Part shown: one piece after another, positions 1-9,828 of the stretch
Numbering within the stretch: the first letter of the stretch is position 1
Layout of the letters: each line of letters begins with the position of its first letter
From: a virus
Lineage: Duplodnaviria; Caudoviricetes
Length of the DNA: 58,126 nucleotides
Reading direction: 5' to 3' (one strand)
IMG/VR virus record: IMGVR_UViG_3300001847_000530
Location: 1 to 58,126 of that record
Position numbers and translations under genes: made by a program
Notes under the pieces: generated by a model
Database searches by the model: none
Seen by the model: only the letters and a program-made list of their open reading frames with translations
Told to the model about the DNA's origin: nothing

Positions 1-333
1 CAAGTACTCTCGCAAGGGTATAACGGCTTTCCTCGCGGCATAAATGACGATACCTTTCGTCTTACTGTCCGCGAGGTCAAGTACAAGTACATCGTCCATG
101 CTGAGATGAATGCTATCTACAATGCTAGCTTCAATGGTGTTTCTCTTGCCGGATCGACGATGTACGTTCATGGACTGCCATGCTGCTCTGACTGTGCAAA
201 AGGTTTGATTCAGGTCGGTGTCAAGCGTATAGTAATGGGCGTGAAAGACATACCCGAAAAATGGCAAGAATCATGGCAGCTCAGCAAGTCAATGTTTGAA
301 GAGGCAGAAGTCGAGATCAAAATCTATGAGTAA
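1..333 (+). CDS. cd: dCMP deaminase (5' end outside window)
   Basis: Open frame from base 1 (QVLSQGYNGFPRG...); HAE and PCCxxC zinc-deaminase motifs. Confidence 0.9.
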   Translation, partial: QVLSQGYNGFPRGINDDTFRLTVREVKYKYIVHAEMNAIYNASFNGVSLAGSTMYVHGLPCCSDCAKGLIQVGVKRIVMGVKDIPEKWQESWQLSKSMFEEAEVEIKIYE

Positions 334-1648
334 ACTCAACATCGTCTTTGGCAAAATCGGCAAGAGCCTAAGTTTTCGTCAGGGCAAATGGGGCATGATC
401 GGTGGCGATCACGAAGCTCCAGCATTGCTTTCTATGCTTGCTCAGATGAATCCCAACATCAACTTCCATATCATCAGCAAGAGTGATTGGAAAGATCTGA
501 CACCCGCTGAAAAGCTGCAGCACAATGGCAACGGAAACATTTTTGATGTCTGGGAGAAATGGAATTCCAAGGATGGATTCGACTGCACGAAGTGGCCGTT
601 GCACGTTCTGCAGAATACGAAGATTGACTTTGGCATCATCGTTTCCGGACCTACTGGATTCTCGACTATTCCGAACGCGATGAGAACGCTAGATGATGAC
701 CGAGTTGCTAAGCCATCAATGATGAGCGAGCGATACGTCGGACCGATCACGCGCTTTCTGAACGAGTCGAAGATCAAGTATATGGAGATCGGCGAGGATC
801 CGCGCTACTATCCGATTGCTGCTCGCGATCTGTTCAACCGCCCAGAGTATATCTGTGGCACTCGTGATGTTGCTAAGCACCGCTCTGTCGAGATCATCGA
901 TGGATACTTTGGTGCAGTAAAAGAAATTAACCTGCCTGTCCGCGACTATCGAGTAAGCCATATGTTCATGGCTATGGAACCATCGGACAAGCGGCTCAAA
1001 GAACCTGGAACGCGCCAGAATCTGATGTCCATTTACTCAAACGGTCTGCGCAATCAAGGTGGAATGCAGAAGTTTCCGGCAATCAAGCAGTATGTTCTCG
1101 ATCAATTTCCAGATGCTACTATCTTTGGCGAGTGGCCCGAGGATACTCCTGGGATCAAGTCGTATCTGGACAGAATCAAGCCCACACCGATGATCGAGCT
1201 CATCGACCAGATGTACGATACTAAGTATGCTTTTATGATTCCGATTCAGGAAGGCTGGCCCACCAGCAAGTTCTTCAAGCATCTACTGTTTGGCATCATT
1301 CCTTTCTTTCATCCTCTGTGTGGCGCAGACTATTACGATGATCTGCCAGACTATCTCAGGCTCAAGTCAGCTGCTGATTTCAAAGAAAAGATCGGCTTTC
1401 TTGAAAGCAATCCAAAAGAATATCTTAAGCTTTGGAAGCAGTGTCAATCGATGCTCGCAGATGAGTACTTTGATGGCAGCTACTTCAATGACATCATTCT
1501 GAACGAGATCTCACTTCACGTTGGCAAGAATGCTATTGACTGGACAACTAAGCCAATTATTCACAAGATGAGCTGTCTTTGGCCTGCCGAACAGGATGTA
1601 GTTGTTCGCAGCACAGAAGAAAGAAATGATCTTTCTGCGTTTTTCTGA
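326..1648 (+). CDS. T4 beta-glucosyltransferase-like GT-B DNA glycosyltransferase
   Basis: Motifs GGDHE, HIISK, EDPRY, IFGEW, TSKFF and RLKSAADF..I..L align by eye with T4 BGT landmarks recalled from memory. Confidence 0.6.
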   Translation: MSKLNIVFGKIGKSLSFRQGKWGMIGGDHEAPALLSMLAQMNPNINFHIISKSDWKDLTPAEKLQHNGNGNIFDVWEKWNSKDGFDCTKWPLHVLQNTKIDFGIIVSGPTGFSTIPNAMRTLDDDRVAKPSMMSERYVGPITRFLNESKIKYMEIGEDPRYYPIAARDLFNRPEYICGTRDVAKHRSVEIIDGYFGAVKEINLPVRDYRVSHMFMAMEPSDKRLKEPGTRQNLMSIYSNGLRNQGGMQKFPAIKQYVLDQFPDATIFGEWPEDTPGIKSYLDRIKPTPMIELIDQMYDTKYAFMIPIQEGWPTSKFFKHLLFGIIPFFHPLCGADYYDDLPDYLRLKSAADFKEKIGFLESNPKEYLKLWKQCQSMLADEYFDGSYFNDIILNEISLHVGKNAIDWTTKPIIHKMSCLWPAEQDVVVRSTEERNDLSAFF

Positions 1649-1683
1649 TTTGCAAATAGCGAATCAGCGTGTAGTATTTGACT

Positions 1684-2391
1684 ATGAAAGTTTTCAAGGA
1701 AATCAAGCAGAACATAAAGTATGCTTTGCCAGAGATTCTTAAACTGCGCAATTCTGCACAGAAAAAAGAAGATGGTAGCTACGTCACCGGCGGCGATCTG
1801 TATGCAGATACAGTCATCGCCAATACTATTCGTCTGCATTATCCAAGTGCAATTATAGTTTCTGAGGAAAACAAACAAGAAGAACTCGATTACGATGCTA
1901 TCGGCTCAAACGATATCTTCGTGGTCGATCCGATTGATGGCACTGAAAACTTTACTTCTGGTTTACCCGAATGGGGTATTTCGATCAGTCATTACTCCAA
2001 AGGCAAGCATGCTGCATCTATGCTGTGGTGCCCAGAACTGAATTTGTGGCTTGACAGTAAAAAGCCAAAGACTATGCCCACGAGTCGATCACGCATCGCT
2101 GGTATTTCCTCATCGATGCGCACTGAAGATCTGATGAATGTGACTCCTGGGTATGAGTACCGTATGTTCGGCTGCTGCGTTTACAGCATGATTCAGACAG
2201 TCCGTGGATCTTTTGTCTCATTTGAGAATCCGCGCCGTGCTAATTCCTGGGACATTCTTGCTGGTCTGAACATTGCACGCATCAATGGATTGTCAGTAAA
2301 GGTCAACGGGTATGACTACACCGGTGACTATCTGCATTCATCTGTAAAGTATAGTTTCAGAATCGAACACCCTGTTCAGCATGCCAATTGA
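1684..2391 (+). CDS. Inositol-monophosphatase/CysQ family phosphatase
   Basis: K.DGS.VT..D, SEE, DPIDGT.NF and WD..AG motifs. Confidence 0.9.
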   Translation: MKVFKEIKQNIKYALPEILKLRNSAQKKEDGSYVTGGDLYADTVIANTIRLHYPSAIIVSEENKQEELDYDAIGSNDIFVVDPIDGTENFTSGLPEWGISISHYSKGKHAASMLWCPELNLWLDSKKPKTMPTSRSRIAGISSSMRTEDLMNVTPGYEYRMFGCCVYSMIQTVRGSFVSFENPRRANSWDILAGLNIARINGLSVKVNGYDYTGDYLHSSVKYSFRIEHPVQHAN

Positions 2392-3241
2392 TCTGGTAAA
2401 TCCTTCGCGTGCGCTGATTGTTGCTGAGCTGACGAACAATCACCTGGGCAACAAAGACAATCTTATGGAGATGGTCAGATTGTCTAAGCAGTCAGGTGCT
2501 GATCTGATCAAAGTTCAGAAGCGCGATGTCGATAGCTTCTACACCAAAGATCAGCTCAACTCTCCATACGAGTCTCCATTTGGCACCACGCTAGGTGACT
2601 ATCGCCGCGGCGTTGAGCTGAACGACGAGCTGCTGGATGTGCTTGAGCAGACCTGTGTGGAAAACGACATCGAGTGGTTCTGTTCAGTGCTTGATTATCC
2701 GTCATACTTGGCGATCAAGCGCTTCAATCCTCGGCTGATCAAACTTCCTTCCACGATCTCGAATCATCGGACGTATATGCGAGCTCTTGCTAAAGAATAC
2801 GCCGGCACGCTTGTCGTTTCTACTGGCTACACTGATAAGAGCTACGAGGACTACATTCTGGAAACATTTCCACAGAATCAAATTTACCTGCTGCATTGTG
2901 TATCAGCATATCCTACTCCGCCAGAGCACTGCAATGCAGCTGTGGTCCAACATTACGCTAAAAACTTGAGCAAGCACGACATCATTCCAGGTTATTCTAG
3001 CCATGATGAAGGATCACTTGCATCGCAACTTGCAGTTGCTGCTGGTGCGCGAATGCTCGAGAAGCACGTGAAATTAGACAATTCCAACTGGATTCATTTT
3101 GACAACGTGGCAGTGAATCTTCGCAAAGGAGATTTCGCAAAGTACGTTGCAGACATTCGTCACGCCGAGACTATTCTCGGTTCATCTGAAAAGCAGGTAC
3201 TGTCCTGCGAGCATCACAAATATGGCCATGACATCCGATAA
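2381..3241 (+). CDS. neuB: NeuB-family PEP-dependent ulosonate (sialic-acid-type) synthase, no C-terminal SAF domain
   Basis: AEL.NNH.G, GAD.IK.Q, STG, HCVSAYP, GYSSH and EKH motifs. Confidence 0.9.
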   Translation: MPIDLVNPSRALIVAELTNNHLGNKDNLMEMVRLSKQSGADLIKVQKRDVDSFYTKDQLNSPYESPFGTTLGDYRRGVELNDELLDVLEQTCVENDIEWFCSVLDYPSYLAIKRFNPRLIKLPSTISNHRTYMRALAKEYAGTLVVSTGYTDKSYEDYILETFPQNQIYLLHCVSAYPTPPEHCNAAVVQHYAKNLSKHDIIPGYSSHDEGSLASQLAVAAGARMLEKHVKLDNSNWIHFDNVAVNLRKGDFAKYVADIRHAETILGSSEKQVLSCEHHKYGHDIR

Positions 3242-3905
3242 TATCTGCGCTATCGTTCCGGTTCGTGCTGGATCAAAGCGCGTGCCCGACAAGAACATTC
3301 GTCCGTTTGCAAGCAAAAGTCTGCTTCAGGTGAAGCTTGAGCAGTTGCTGCAGGTATTCTTAGCTAAAGACATCGTTGTCAGCACTGACTGCGGATATTC
3401 TGCAACGCTTGCTAGCGATGTCGGCGTGACAGTATTATGGCGCCCGTCTGAAATGGCATCAGATACTGTCTCGATGAGCGATGTCTACAAGTATCTTGCA
3501 GAGTCAGTAAAGCACGAGCATATTCTGTTTACTCACGTTACTAATCCTCTGTGTGATGCTCAGGAATATCTGACAGCTATCAGCCTGTATAAGAATCTTA
3601 CCTCTGGCTATGATTCGATCACCACGATCAGCTACCTGAAAGATTTCCTCTACACGCCAGATGCTAAGCCGCTCAACTTCGACCCGCTGAACAAGCCGCG
3701 TTCGCAAGATCTGCCAAACTACTTCAAGCTTAACCATGCGATTTCTATACTGCCACGCGAGATGATGATTGCTCAGAAAAACATCGTGGGCACATCGCCA
3801 TTTTTTCTGGAAATCTCAAACGTCGCAGCAATGGATGTCGATACGTTCTTAGACTTTCAGATCGCTGAGTATGTTTACAATCAGGAACGCGCTCACTATC
3901 CTTGA
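3222..3905 (+). CDS. neuA: Acylneuraminate/ulosonate cytidylyltransferase
   Basis: IVPVRAGSKRVPDKN, VSTD, TNP, RSQDL and DVDT..DF motifs. Confidence 0.9.
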   Translation: MAMTSDNICAIVPVRAGSKRVPDKNIRPFASKSLLQVKLEQLLQVFLAKDIVVSTDCGYSATLASDVGVTVLWRPSEMASDTVSMSDVYKYLAESVKHEHILFTHVTNPLCDAQEYLTAISLYKNLTSGYDSITTISYLKDFLYTPDAKPLNFDPLNKPRSQDLPNYFKLNHAISILPREMMIAQKNIVGTSPFFLEISNVAAMDVDTFLDFQIAEYVYNQERAHYP

Positions 3906-3931
3906 TACATAATTCTGTACCTCTCTACATC

Positions 3932-5164
3932 ATGGCCAAAAAGAAAATTACTTACGCATCTATCGTACCGCTAATCGGCGGCGAAAACTTGGGAATCCAT
4001 CAGGCACTTGACGGGCAACTACCAGAGTATGTTCTGTCTTACACGCCTTTTCAGCATAACGACAAGCACTACATTTCCTATCTGCGCGATCAGAAGAAGT
4101 GGAAGGGCGACTACGTTTTCTTGGACGAGAAGCCAGACTACAAAGCTAAGCACGTGAACGCTGTCAATGCAGTATGCCCGTGTGCTGGTCTGTCCTCGCT
4201 CTCGCATCAGTCAAGTTCTGATTCCGCGATCAACAAGTGGATGTACGAATCCGCCGAGTATGTCCTGAAGAACATTAAGCCCGATGTCTTCTGGGGTGAA
4301 AATGCTCCGCGTCTTTCGACTGAAAAGGGCCGCCCTGTTGCTGACAAGCTTTATCAGATCGGCCGCGAGAATGGCTACTCTATGACGCTGTACTACACGG
4401 AATCGCGTCTGCATGGCCTGTCACAGAAGCGCCCGCGCACCTTTTACTTCCTGATGAAGGGCGACAAGGCTCCGATTCTGAACCGTTTCTTCCGCGAGCC
4501 GGAGCCGATTGAAGCAATCCTTGAGCAGCCTGCTATTCCGAACGATCCGATGGATGTTCTGATCAATGACGATGATCCGATGGATTGTGGCTTCCTGCAG
4601 TACTGCATGGCAATGGAAGGCACAAAGACTCTAAAGCAGTTCTACAAGAAGATCAATCAATCGACTGTGGTGGTTCGTTCTGCTATCGATGAGTACTCAA
4701 AGCGCAATCCTGAAGAGGTCATCAAATGGATGGTCGAGAACAAGGTTCAGGATAAGTACATTCGCCGCGCTCAGGGAATTAAGGGCAAGCTTGATCAGGG
4801 ACTGGGATACTGGGCGCATGGCAACACTGTGCTGAAGGGCGTGATTCCAGCTTTTGTCTCGATGATTCCGTTTTGTGCTATCAATGCTCAGAAAGGTCGA
4901 TTCCTGACAGTGCGTGAAGCGCTGCGCATTATGAAGATGCCAGATGACTTTGTTCTAGCTAATGAGGATCCGCTTGCTGATGTCAACCACATCTGCCAGA
5001 ATGTTCCTGTCACTACTGCTGCTGATATGGCCGCAGAGGTCAATCGAATGATTCGCGGCGAGATCGAACTAGCTAGTTCTGCCTTCATCCGTCAATCCAA
5101 CAAGAACGGCGAGATCAATTATCTCGAGGAAGCGCCTAAAGCTACTATCGAATCCTTTTTGTGA
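3932..5164 (+). CDS. C5-cytosine DNA methyltransferase-like protein
   Basis: Catalytic PC (CPCAGLS), ENAP, QKRPR and RFLTVREA motifs; motif I is atypical (PLIGG). Confidence 0.75.
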   Translation: MAKKKITYASIVPLIGGENLGIHQALDGQLPEYVLSYTPFQHNDKHYISYLRDQKKWKGDYVFLDEKPDYKAKHVNAVNAVCPCAGLSSLSHQSSSDSAINKWMYESAEYVLKNIKPDVFWGENAPRLSTEKGRPVADKLYQIGRENGYSMTLYYTESRLHGLSQKRPRTFYFLMKGDKAPILNRFFREPEPIEAILEQPAIPNDPMDVLINDDDPMDCGFLQYCMAMEGTKTLKQFYKKINQSTVVVRSAIDEYSKRNPEEVIKWMVENKVQDKYIRRAQGIKGKLDQGLGYWAHGNTVLKGVIPAFVSMIPFCAINAQKGRFLTVREALRIMKMPDDFVLANEDPLADVNHICQNVPVTTAADMAAEVNRMIRGEIELASSAFIRQSNKNGEINYLEEAPKATIESFL

Positions 5165-5200
5165 TTTACAGCAGCAACCGCTCGAATATAGTCTATTATT

Positions 5201-6238
5201 ATGTCGTTACTCAATAAGCTGAAGAAGAATTCGAAGATCGAACTGACGGATGTGCTCGACAAATCCGAGTTGTTCAATGATAAGGATCTGATCCCCACGA
5301 GCATTCCGATGCTTAATGTAGCGTTGTCGGGCTCGCTTGATGGCGGATTGAGTTCTGGCCTGACTGTGCTTGCTGGCCCGTCGAAGCACTTCAAGTCATC
5401 GTATGCGCTGATCATGGCATCTGCTTACCTGAACAAGTATCCGGAAGCAGTAATGCTGTTCTATGATTCGGAGTTCGGCTCACCGCAGCATTACTTCAAG
5501 ACGTTCGGCATCGATCCTGCTCGTGTGCTGCACACTCCGATCACTAACGTCGAGCAGCTGAAATTCGATGTCATCAATCAGCTCAGCGGAATCGAGCGTG
5601 GCGAGAAGGTCGTGGTTGTCATCGATTCGATTGGCAATCTTGCTTCTAAGAAAGAACTCGAGGATGCAATGAACGAAAAGTCAGTGGCTGATATGTCCCG
5701 CGCGAAGGCTCTGAAGGGTCTGTTTCGCATGGTCACGCCGTACCTGACAATGAAGAACATTCCGATGCTTGCTATCAACCATAGTTATAAGACTATGGAA
5801 ATGTACTCAAAGGATGTGATGTCCGGTGGTACTGGTATTTACTATTCTGCCAACGCAGTCTGGATGCTCGGTCGTCAGCAAGACAAGGACGACGATGGTC
5901 TGCAAGGCTATCACTTCGTCATCAACATCGACAAGTCGCGCTTCGTGAAGGAAAAATCCAAGATTCCGATCTCTGTTTCCTTTGCTGGCGGCGTAGAAAA
6001 GTACTCCGGTCTGCTCGAGATCGCTCTTGAGGGCGGTTTCGTTGTCAAGCCCTCGATGGGATGGTATTCGCTCAAAGGCCAGGAAAAGAAGTACCGCGAG
6101 AAGGACACATACACCGGCGAGTTCTGGGACGACCTGCTCGCCTCAGATGAGTTCAAGAACTACATCAAAGAACGCTACACTATCGGTTATCGTTCTGCGC
6201 TGATTAACTCTATAGCTGACGAGGAAGACGATGAATAA
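5201..6238 (+). CDS. uvsX: UvsX RecA-like recombinase
   Basis: Walker A AGPSKHFKS, YDSEFG, IDSIGNLAS, MSRAK. Confidence 0.95.
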   Translation: MSLLNKLKKNSKIELTDVLDKSELFNDKDLIPTSIPMLNVALSGSLDGGLSSGLTVLAGPSKHFKSSYALIMASAYLNKYPEAVMLFYDSEFGSPQHYFKTFGIDPARVLHTPITNVEQLKFDVINQLSGIERGEKVVVVIDSIGNLASKKELEDAMNEKSVADMSRAKALKGLFRMVTPYLTMKNIPMLAINHSYKTMEMYSKDVMSGGTGIYYSANAVWMLGRQQDKDDDGLQGYHFVINIDKSRFVKEKSKIPISVSFAGGVEKYSGLLEIALEGGFVVKPSMGWYSLKGQEKKYREKDTYTGEFWDDLLASDEFKNYIKERYTIGYRSALINSIADEEDDE

Positions 6239-6611
6239 GATTACTGAAAAGTCATACGCGCTGGTACCAGATGTAGAGGATAACGAGGCAATCTACACAA
6301 TCAAGATCTCGCACGAACCATGGGTTGACATCATCGTCCAATATGGTAAGATTGGTCTAAATGTTACCGATGATGGCGAGTCTGCAAAACTATCTTTCAG
6401 ATATGCTATCGTCAGTTGCCCAGAAAATCACAATAAGCAAGAACTAGAACAGAACAAAGACTTCCATACTTTCCTGGGAGATCTTTTAGCCTACATTATT
6501 CAATCAGCATTCGACAGCGGAAACTACAAAGTTGGTACGCCCGATAAATCTTCAGATCCTATAGATGTCCAATCCACTTCAGCTGACGGTCCTGCAGAAG
6601 ATCGTCCATGA
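6231..6611 (+). CDS. Hypothetical protein, gp40-like position
   Basis: Lies between uvsX and gp41 as T4 gp40 does. Confidence 0.5.
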   Translation: MNKITEKSYALVPDVEDNEAIYTIKISHEPWVDIIVQYGKIGLNVTDDGESAKLSFRYAIVSCPENHNKQELEQNKDFHTFLGDLLAYIIQSAFDSGNYKVGTPDKSSDPIDVQSTSADGPAEDRP

Positions 6612-7953
6612 CGAAAAGTATTGTCGCAAAGTTCTTCCGTTCATCAAGACGGAGTATTTCGATGAGCACCACAAGGTAATCTATCGTCTGATTCTTGACT
6701 TCATCTCGAAGTACAACAAGCTTCCGACGAAGACAGCGCTTGAGGTAGACTTTCAGAATGCCAAAGAGGTCACCGAGGAAAATTATACTCCTCTGACCAC
6801 GATCCTTGAATCGCTCAAGGACAATCCGCTAGTCGAGGAAAACTGGCTTCTTGCCAGCACAGAAAAGTGGTGCAAGGATCGCGCAATCGACATCGCGCTG
6901 ATCGATTCTATTCAGATCCGCTCAGGTGAAAAGAAAGGCATCACTCGCGAGGCTATTCCCGATATCCTGCAGAAAGCTATTGCTCTCACGTTCGATACTT
7001 CTGTGGGTCACGATTACATTGGTGACTTCGCTAAGCGATATGACTTCTATCATAAGGTAGAAGATCGTCTGCCATTTGATCTCGAGAAGTTCAATCTGAT
7101 CTCTAAAGGCGGTGTTCCACGCAAGACGCTGAACATCATTCTGGCTGGTACCGGTGTGGGTAAGTCGATGTTTATGTGCCATCAGGCAGCATCTGCTCTT
7201 TCGCTGGGCAAGAATGTTCTTTACATCACGCTTGAAATGGCGGAAGAAAGAATCGCTGAGCGCATTGATGCGAACCTGCTGAATGTTGCTATCGACCAAC
7301 TGCCGAATCTGCCAAAAGATCTGTTCGCAGAAAAGGTTCAGCGAATCGCATCCACGACTGTCGGCAAGCTGATCATCAAGGAATACCCGACTGCATCTGC
7401 TCATGCCAATCATTTCCGAGCACTGCTGAACGAGCTGAAGCTAAAGAAGGAATTCGTTCCAGATGTCATCTTCATCGATTACCTGAACATCTGCGCATCT
7501 GCTCGAATGAAGGGTCTGGGTGGTTCTGTGAACACTTATTCGCTCATCAAGGCAATTGCCGAAGAACTTCGCGGCCTTGCTGTTGAGTTCAACGTCCCGA
7601 TCTTTTCTGCTACTCAGACGACTCGTTCTGGTTATTCTAATACCGATGTCGATCTGACCGATACTTCTGAGTCGTTCGGCCTACCTGCCACTGCTGACTT
7701 TATGTTTGCTCTGATCTCCACCGAGGAACTCGAGCGCCTAAATCAGATCATGGTGAAACAACTCAAGAACCGATACAACGATCCCACCGCAAACAAGCGG
7801 TTTCTGATCGGCGTGGATCGGTCGAAGATGCGGCTGTTCGATGTGGAAGAAAAGGCACAAACACTGACCAAGGAACTCACTGTGAAAGGCGGTAACTCCT
7901 GGCAGAAAGAATCTAGCGCAGATGACATGGACTTCACAAACTTCAAAGTATAA
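6565..7953 (+). CDS. 41: gp41 DnaB-like replicative helicase
   Basis: AGTGVGKS, LEMAEE, IDYLN, SESFGLPATAD, KNRY. Confidence 0.95.
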   Translation: MSNPLQLTVLQKIVHDEKYCRKVLPFIKTEYFDEHHKVIYRLILDFISKYNKLPTKTALEVDFQNAKEVTEENYTPLTTILESLKDNPLVEENWLLASTEKWCKDRAIDIALIDSIQIRSGEKKGITREAIPDILQKAIALTFDTSVGHDYIGDFAKRYDFYHKVEDRLPFDLEKFNLISKGGVPRKTLNIILAGTGVGKSMFMCHQAASALSLGKNVLYITLEMAEERIAERIDANLLNVAIDQLPNLPKDLFAEKVQRIASTTVGKLIIKEYPTASAHANHFRALLNELKLKKEFVPDVIFIDYLNICASARMKGLGGSVNTYSLIKAIAEELRGLAVEFNVPIFSATQTTRSGYSNTDVDLTDTSESFGLPATADFMFALISTEELERLNQIMVKQLKNRYNDPTANKRFLIGVDRSKMRLFDVEEKAQTLTKELTVKGGNSWQKESSADDMDFTNFKV

Positions 7954-7958
7954 ATCTT

Positions 7959-8540
7959 ATGGGAATGTTCGATACTATCGCATGGGGTGAAAAGCTTCCT
8001 TTTTCACCGGAAATGGAAGAACTCGGTCTGAACAAAAACGACTGGAGTTTTCAGACAAAAGATCTAGACAACGGCATGGACGAATACGTCGTGCAAGAAG
8101 GCAAGATCTTTTTGATTGCTTACGAAAAGCAAGAATGGGTTGAGGGCGATAAAGATTCAAAAGATCTTTTTGCTAAAATCGGCCACATTGAACGTACTGG
8201 TAGGTATCTTAAACCAATTGATCTTACTGCTACTATTTGCATCTATGACTATCGTCATAGCGTGCAAGATAAGTGGGATTGCCGGATAGATTACGAGGCT
8301 GTATTCGTCAAGGGTGCTCTTGAATCTGTCAAATTGCTAAAGTTCGAGAAAACGGATAACGCTGACAGATTGCAATTTGAAAAGGAATGGCAAGAGCGTT
8401 ATCTTCGCGAAGCTTCTCTTTGGTACAATAAGTACATCTTTGACACCACGATCTGGCGCAAGTTTATTGGATGGTATCTGCGCAGATTTTTTATTGCATC
8501 ATCCCAATTTCTTGATAAGATTTCTTCTAAAATACCATGA
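7959..8540 (+). CDS. Hypothetical protein
   Basis: MGMFD...FQTKDL start; coupled ORF. Confidence 0.6.
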   Translation: MGMFDTIAWGEKLPFSPEMEELGLNKNDWSFQTKDLDNGMDEYVVQEGKIFLIAYEKQEWVEGDKDSKDLFAKIGHIERTGRYLKPIDLTATICIYDYRHSVQDKWDCRIDYEAVFVKGALESVKLLKFEKTDNADRLQFEKEWQERYLREASLWYNKYIFDTTIWRKFIGWYLRRFFIASSQFLDKISSKIP

Positions 8541-8872
8541 GTAACAGCAACACACAGCCAACTACACGCGATGCTAACCAGCTGAGGGTGTTTACCTCGC
8601 CGATCTATCGCCAGAAGATCAAGCGGATGGTTGAAATGACCAAGACGATCTATGGCATTCATGGCAAGATTCCGAAGGGATCGCTGCCGAAGCTGAAGGA
8701 AAACGCCACTGAACGTGAGCGCATTGCTCGTGCAGAAAAGGAAAACTATCGCCTGAATATCGATGTGCTGCATTACTTTGCCACGCCGATTGCCGGAGCA
8801 TCGTATGCGTCTAAGCAGGAAAAGGCGGCTGCTGCTGAAACCAATAACACTGATACCACTCAGACAGCATGA
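8537..8872 (+). CDS. Hypothetical protein
   Basis: ATGA-coupled ORF with phage codon usage. Confidence 0.6.
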   Translation: MSNSNTQPTTRDANQLRVFTSPIYRQKIKRMVEMTKTIYGIHGKIPKGSLPKLKENATERERIARAEKENYRLNIDVLHYFATPIAGASYASKQEKAAAAETNNTDTTQTA

Positions 8873-9228
8873 GCTACAAGCTTTTCTTGGATGATATCCG
8901 CGATCCAAAGGAATTCGCCAAGATTTATCCATTGCCTCTTGGTCCCTGGACAGTTATTCGTTCCTACATCGACTTTTGCCGAGTGATCGAATCAAAAGGC
9001 CTACCTAACTACATTAGTTTCGACCATGATCTTGCTCCTGAGCATTACACGAATCCGCCTACTCCTACAACAGAGAAGACAGGATATGATTGTGCTCTTT
9101 GGCTGTGCGATTACTGCCTGACATTCAAGCACTCGCTGCCAAAATATGGAGTACACTCGATGAATCCCGTGGGTAAGCGCAGAATAGAAGCACTGCTCGA
9201 ATCATTCAATCAGAACCACATCAAATAA
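8869..9228 (+). CDS. Cyclic-phosphate-processing receiver-like domain protein
   Basis: LFLDD.R, ISFDHDL, TGYD and HSMNPVG motifs. Confidence 0.75.
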   Translation: MSYKLFLDDIRDPKEFAKIYPLPLGPWTVIRSYIDFCRVIESKGLPNYISFDHDLAPEHYTNPPTPTTEKTGYDCALWLCDYCLTFKHSLPKYGVHSMNPVGKRRIEALLESFNQNHIK

Positions 9229-9232
9229 TCTT

Positions 9233-9457
9233 ATGATATTTTTGTTATTCTTAGCATTCTGTGCAATCTGGTCGTTCAGCGGCGTTTTCATCTGGACAGG
9301 AATGGCAGATGACGTTAAGCGCTGGTACAAGAAGCTGATTTTGCTTCTAATTTCTGGCCCATTTGTTTGGGTGTTTTGGATTCTGATGCGTATACTTATT
9401 ACTATAGACAGCTGCGCATGGATCTATACTCGCTTTGAGAAATGGATGAAGGAATAA
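9233..9457 (+). CDS. Small membrane protein
   Basis: Two hydrophobic segments. Confidence 0.55.
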   Translation: MIFLLFLAFCAIWSFSGVFIWTGMADDVKRWYKKLILLLISGPFVWVFWILMRILITIDSCAWIYTRFEKWMKE

Positions 9458-9828
9458 TGAGCTACAACATATTTTTAGACAACTTCAAGCATTTTCGCAA
9501 GCCCGTCGAATTCAATACCGAGCACCGCGATGTGTCTGGTGAAGCCTGGGTTGTTGCTCGTACCTACGAGGAGTTTTGCAACGTGATCCTGACTCGAAAG
9601 TCTTTACCCGACTACATCAGCTTTGACTACGATCTAGGAGATCGTAGTGAACGGCCTAAAACTGGCTGGCATTGTGCTCAATTCGTTTGCGATTGCTGTT
9701 TAGCTGTAGAAAGTCCGCCGCCTAAATTTGGCGTGCATTCTACAAATGAAGAGGCTAAACGTGCCATCGAAGGTATGCTACGCGGGTTTGATAATTTTAC
9801 TCGATTCGGTAAAAATAATACTCAATGA
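9457..9828 (+). CDS. Second, degenerate cyclic-phosphate-processing receiver-like paralog
   Basis: IFLDN, ISFDYDL, TGWH, HSTN. Confidence 0.7.
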   Translation: MSYNIFLDNFKHFRKPVEFNTEHRDVSGEAWVVARTYEEFCNVILTRKSLPDYISFDYDLGDRSERPKTGWHCAQFVCDCCLAVESPPPKFGVHSTNEEAKRAIEGMLRGFDNFTRFGKNNTQ

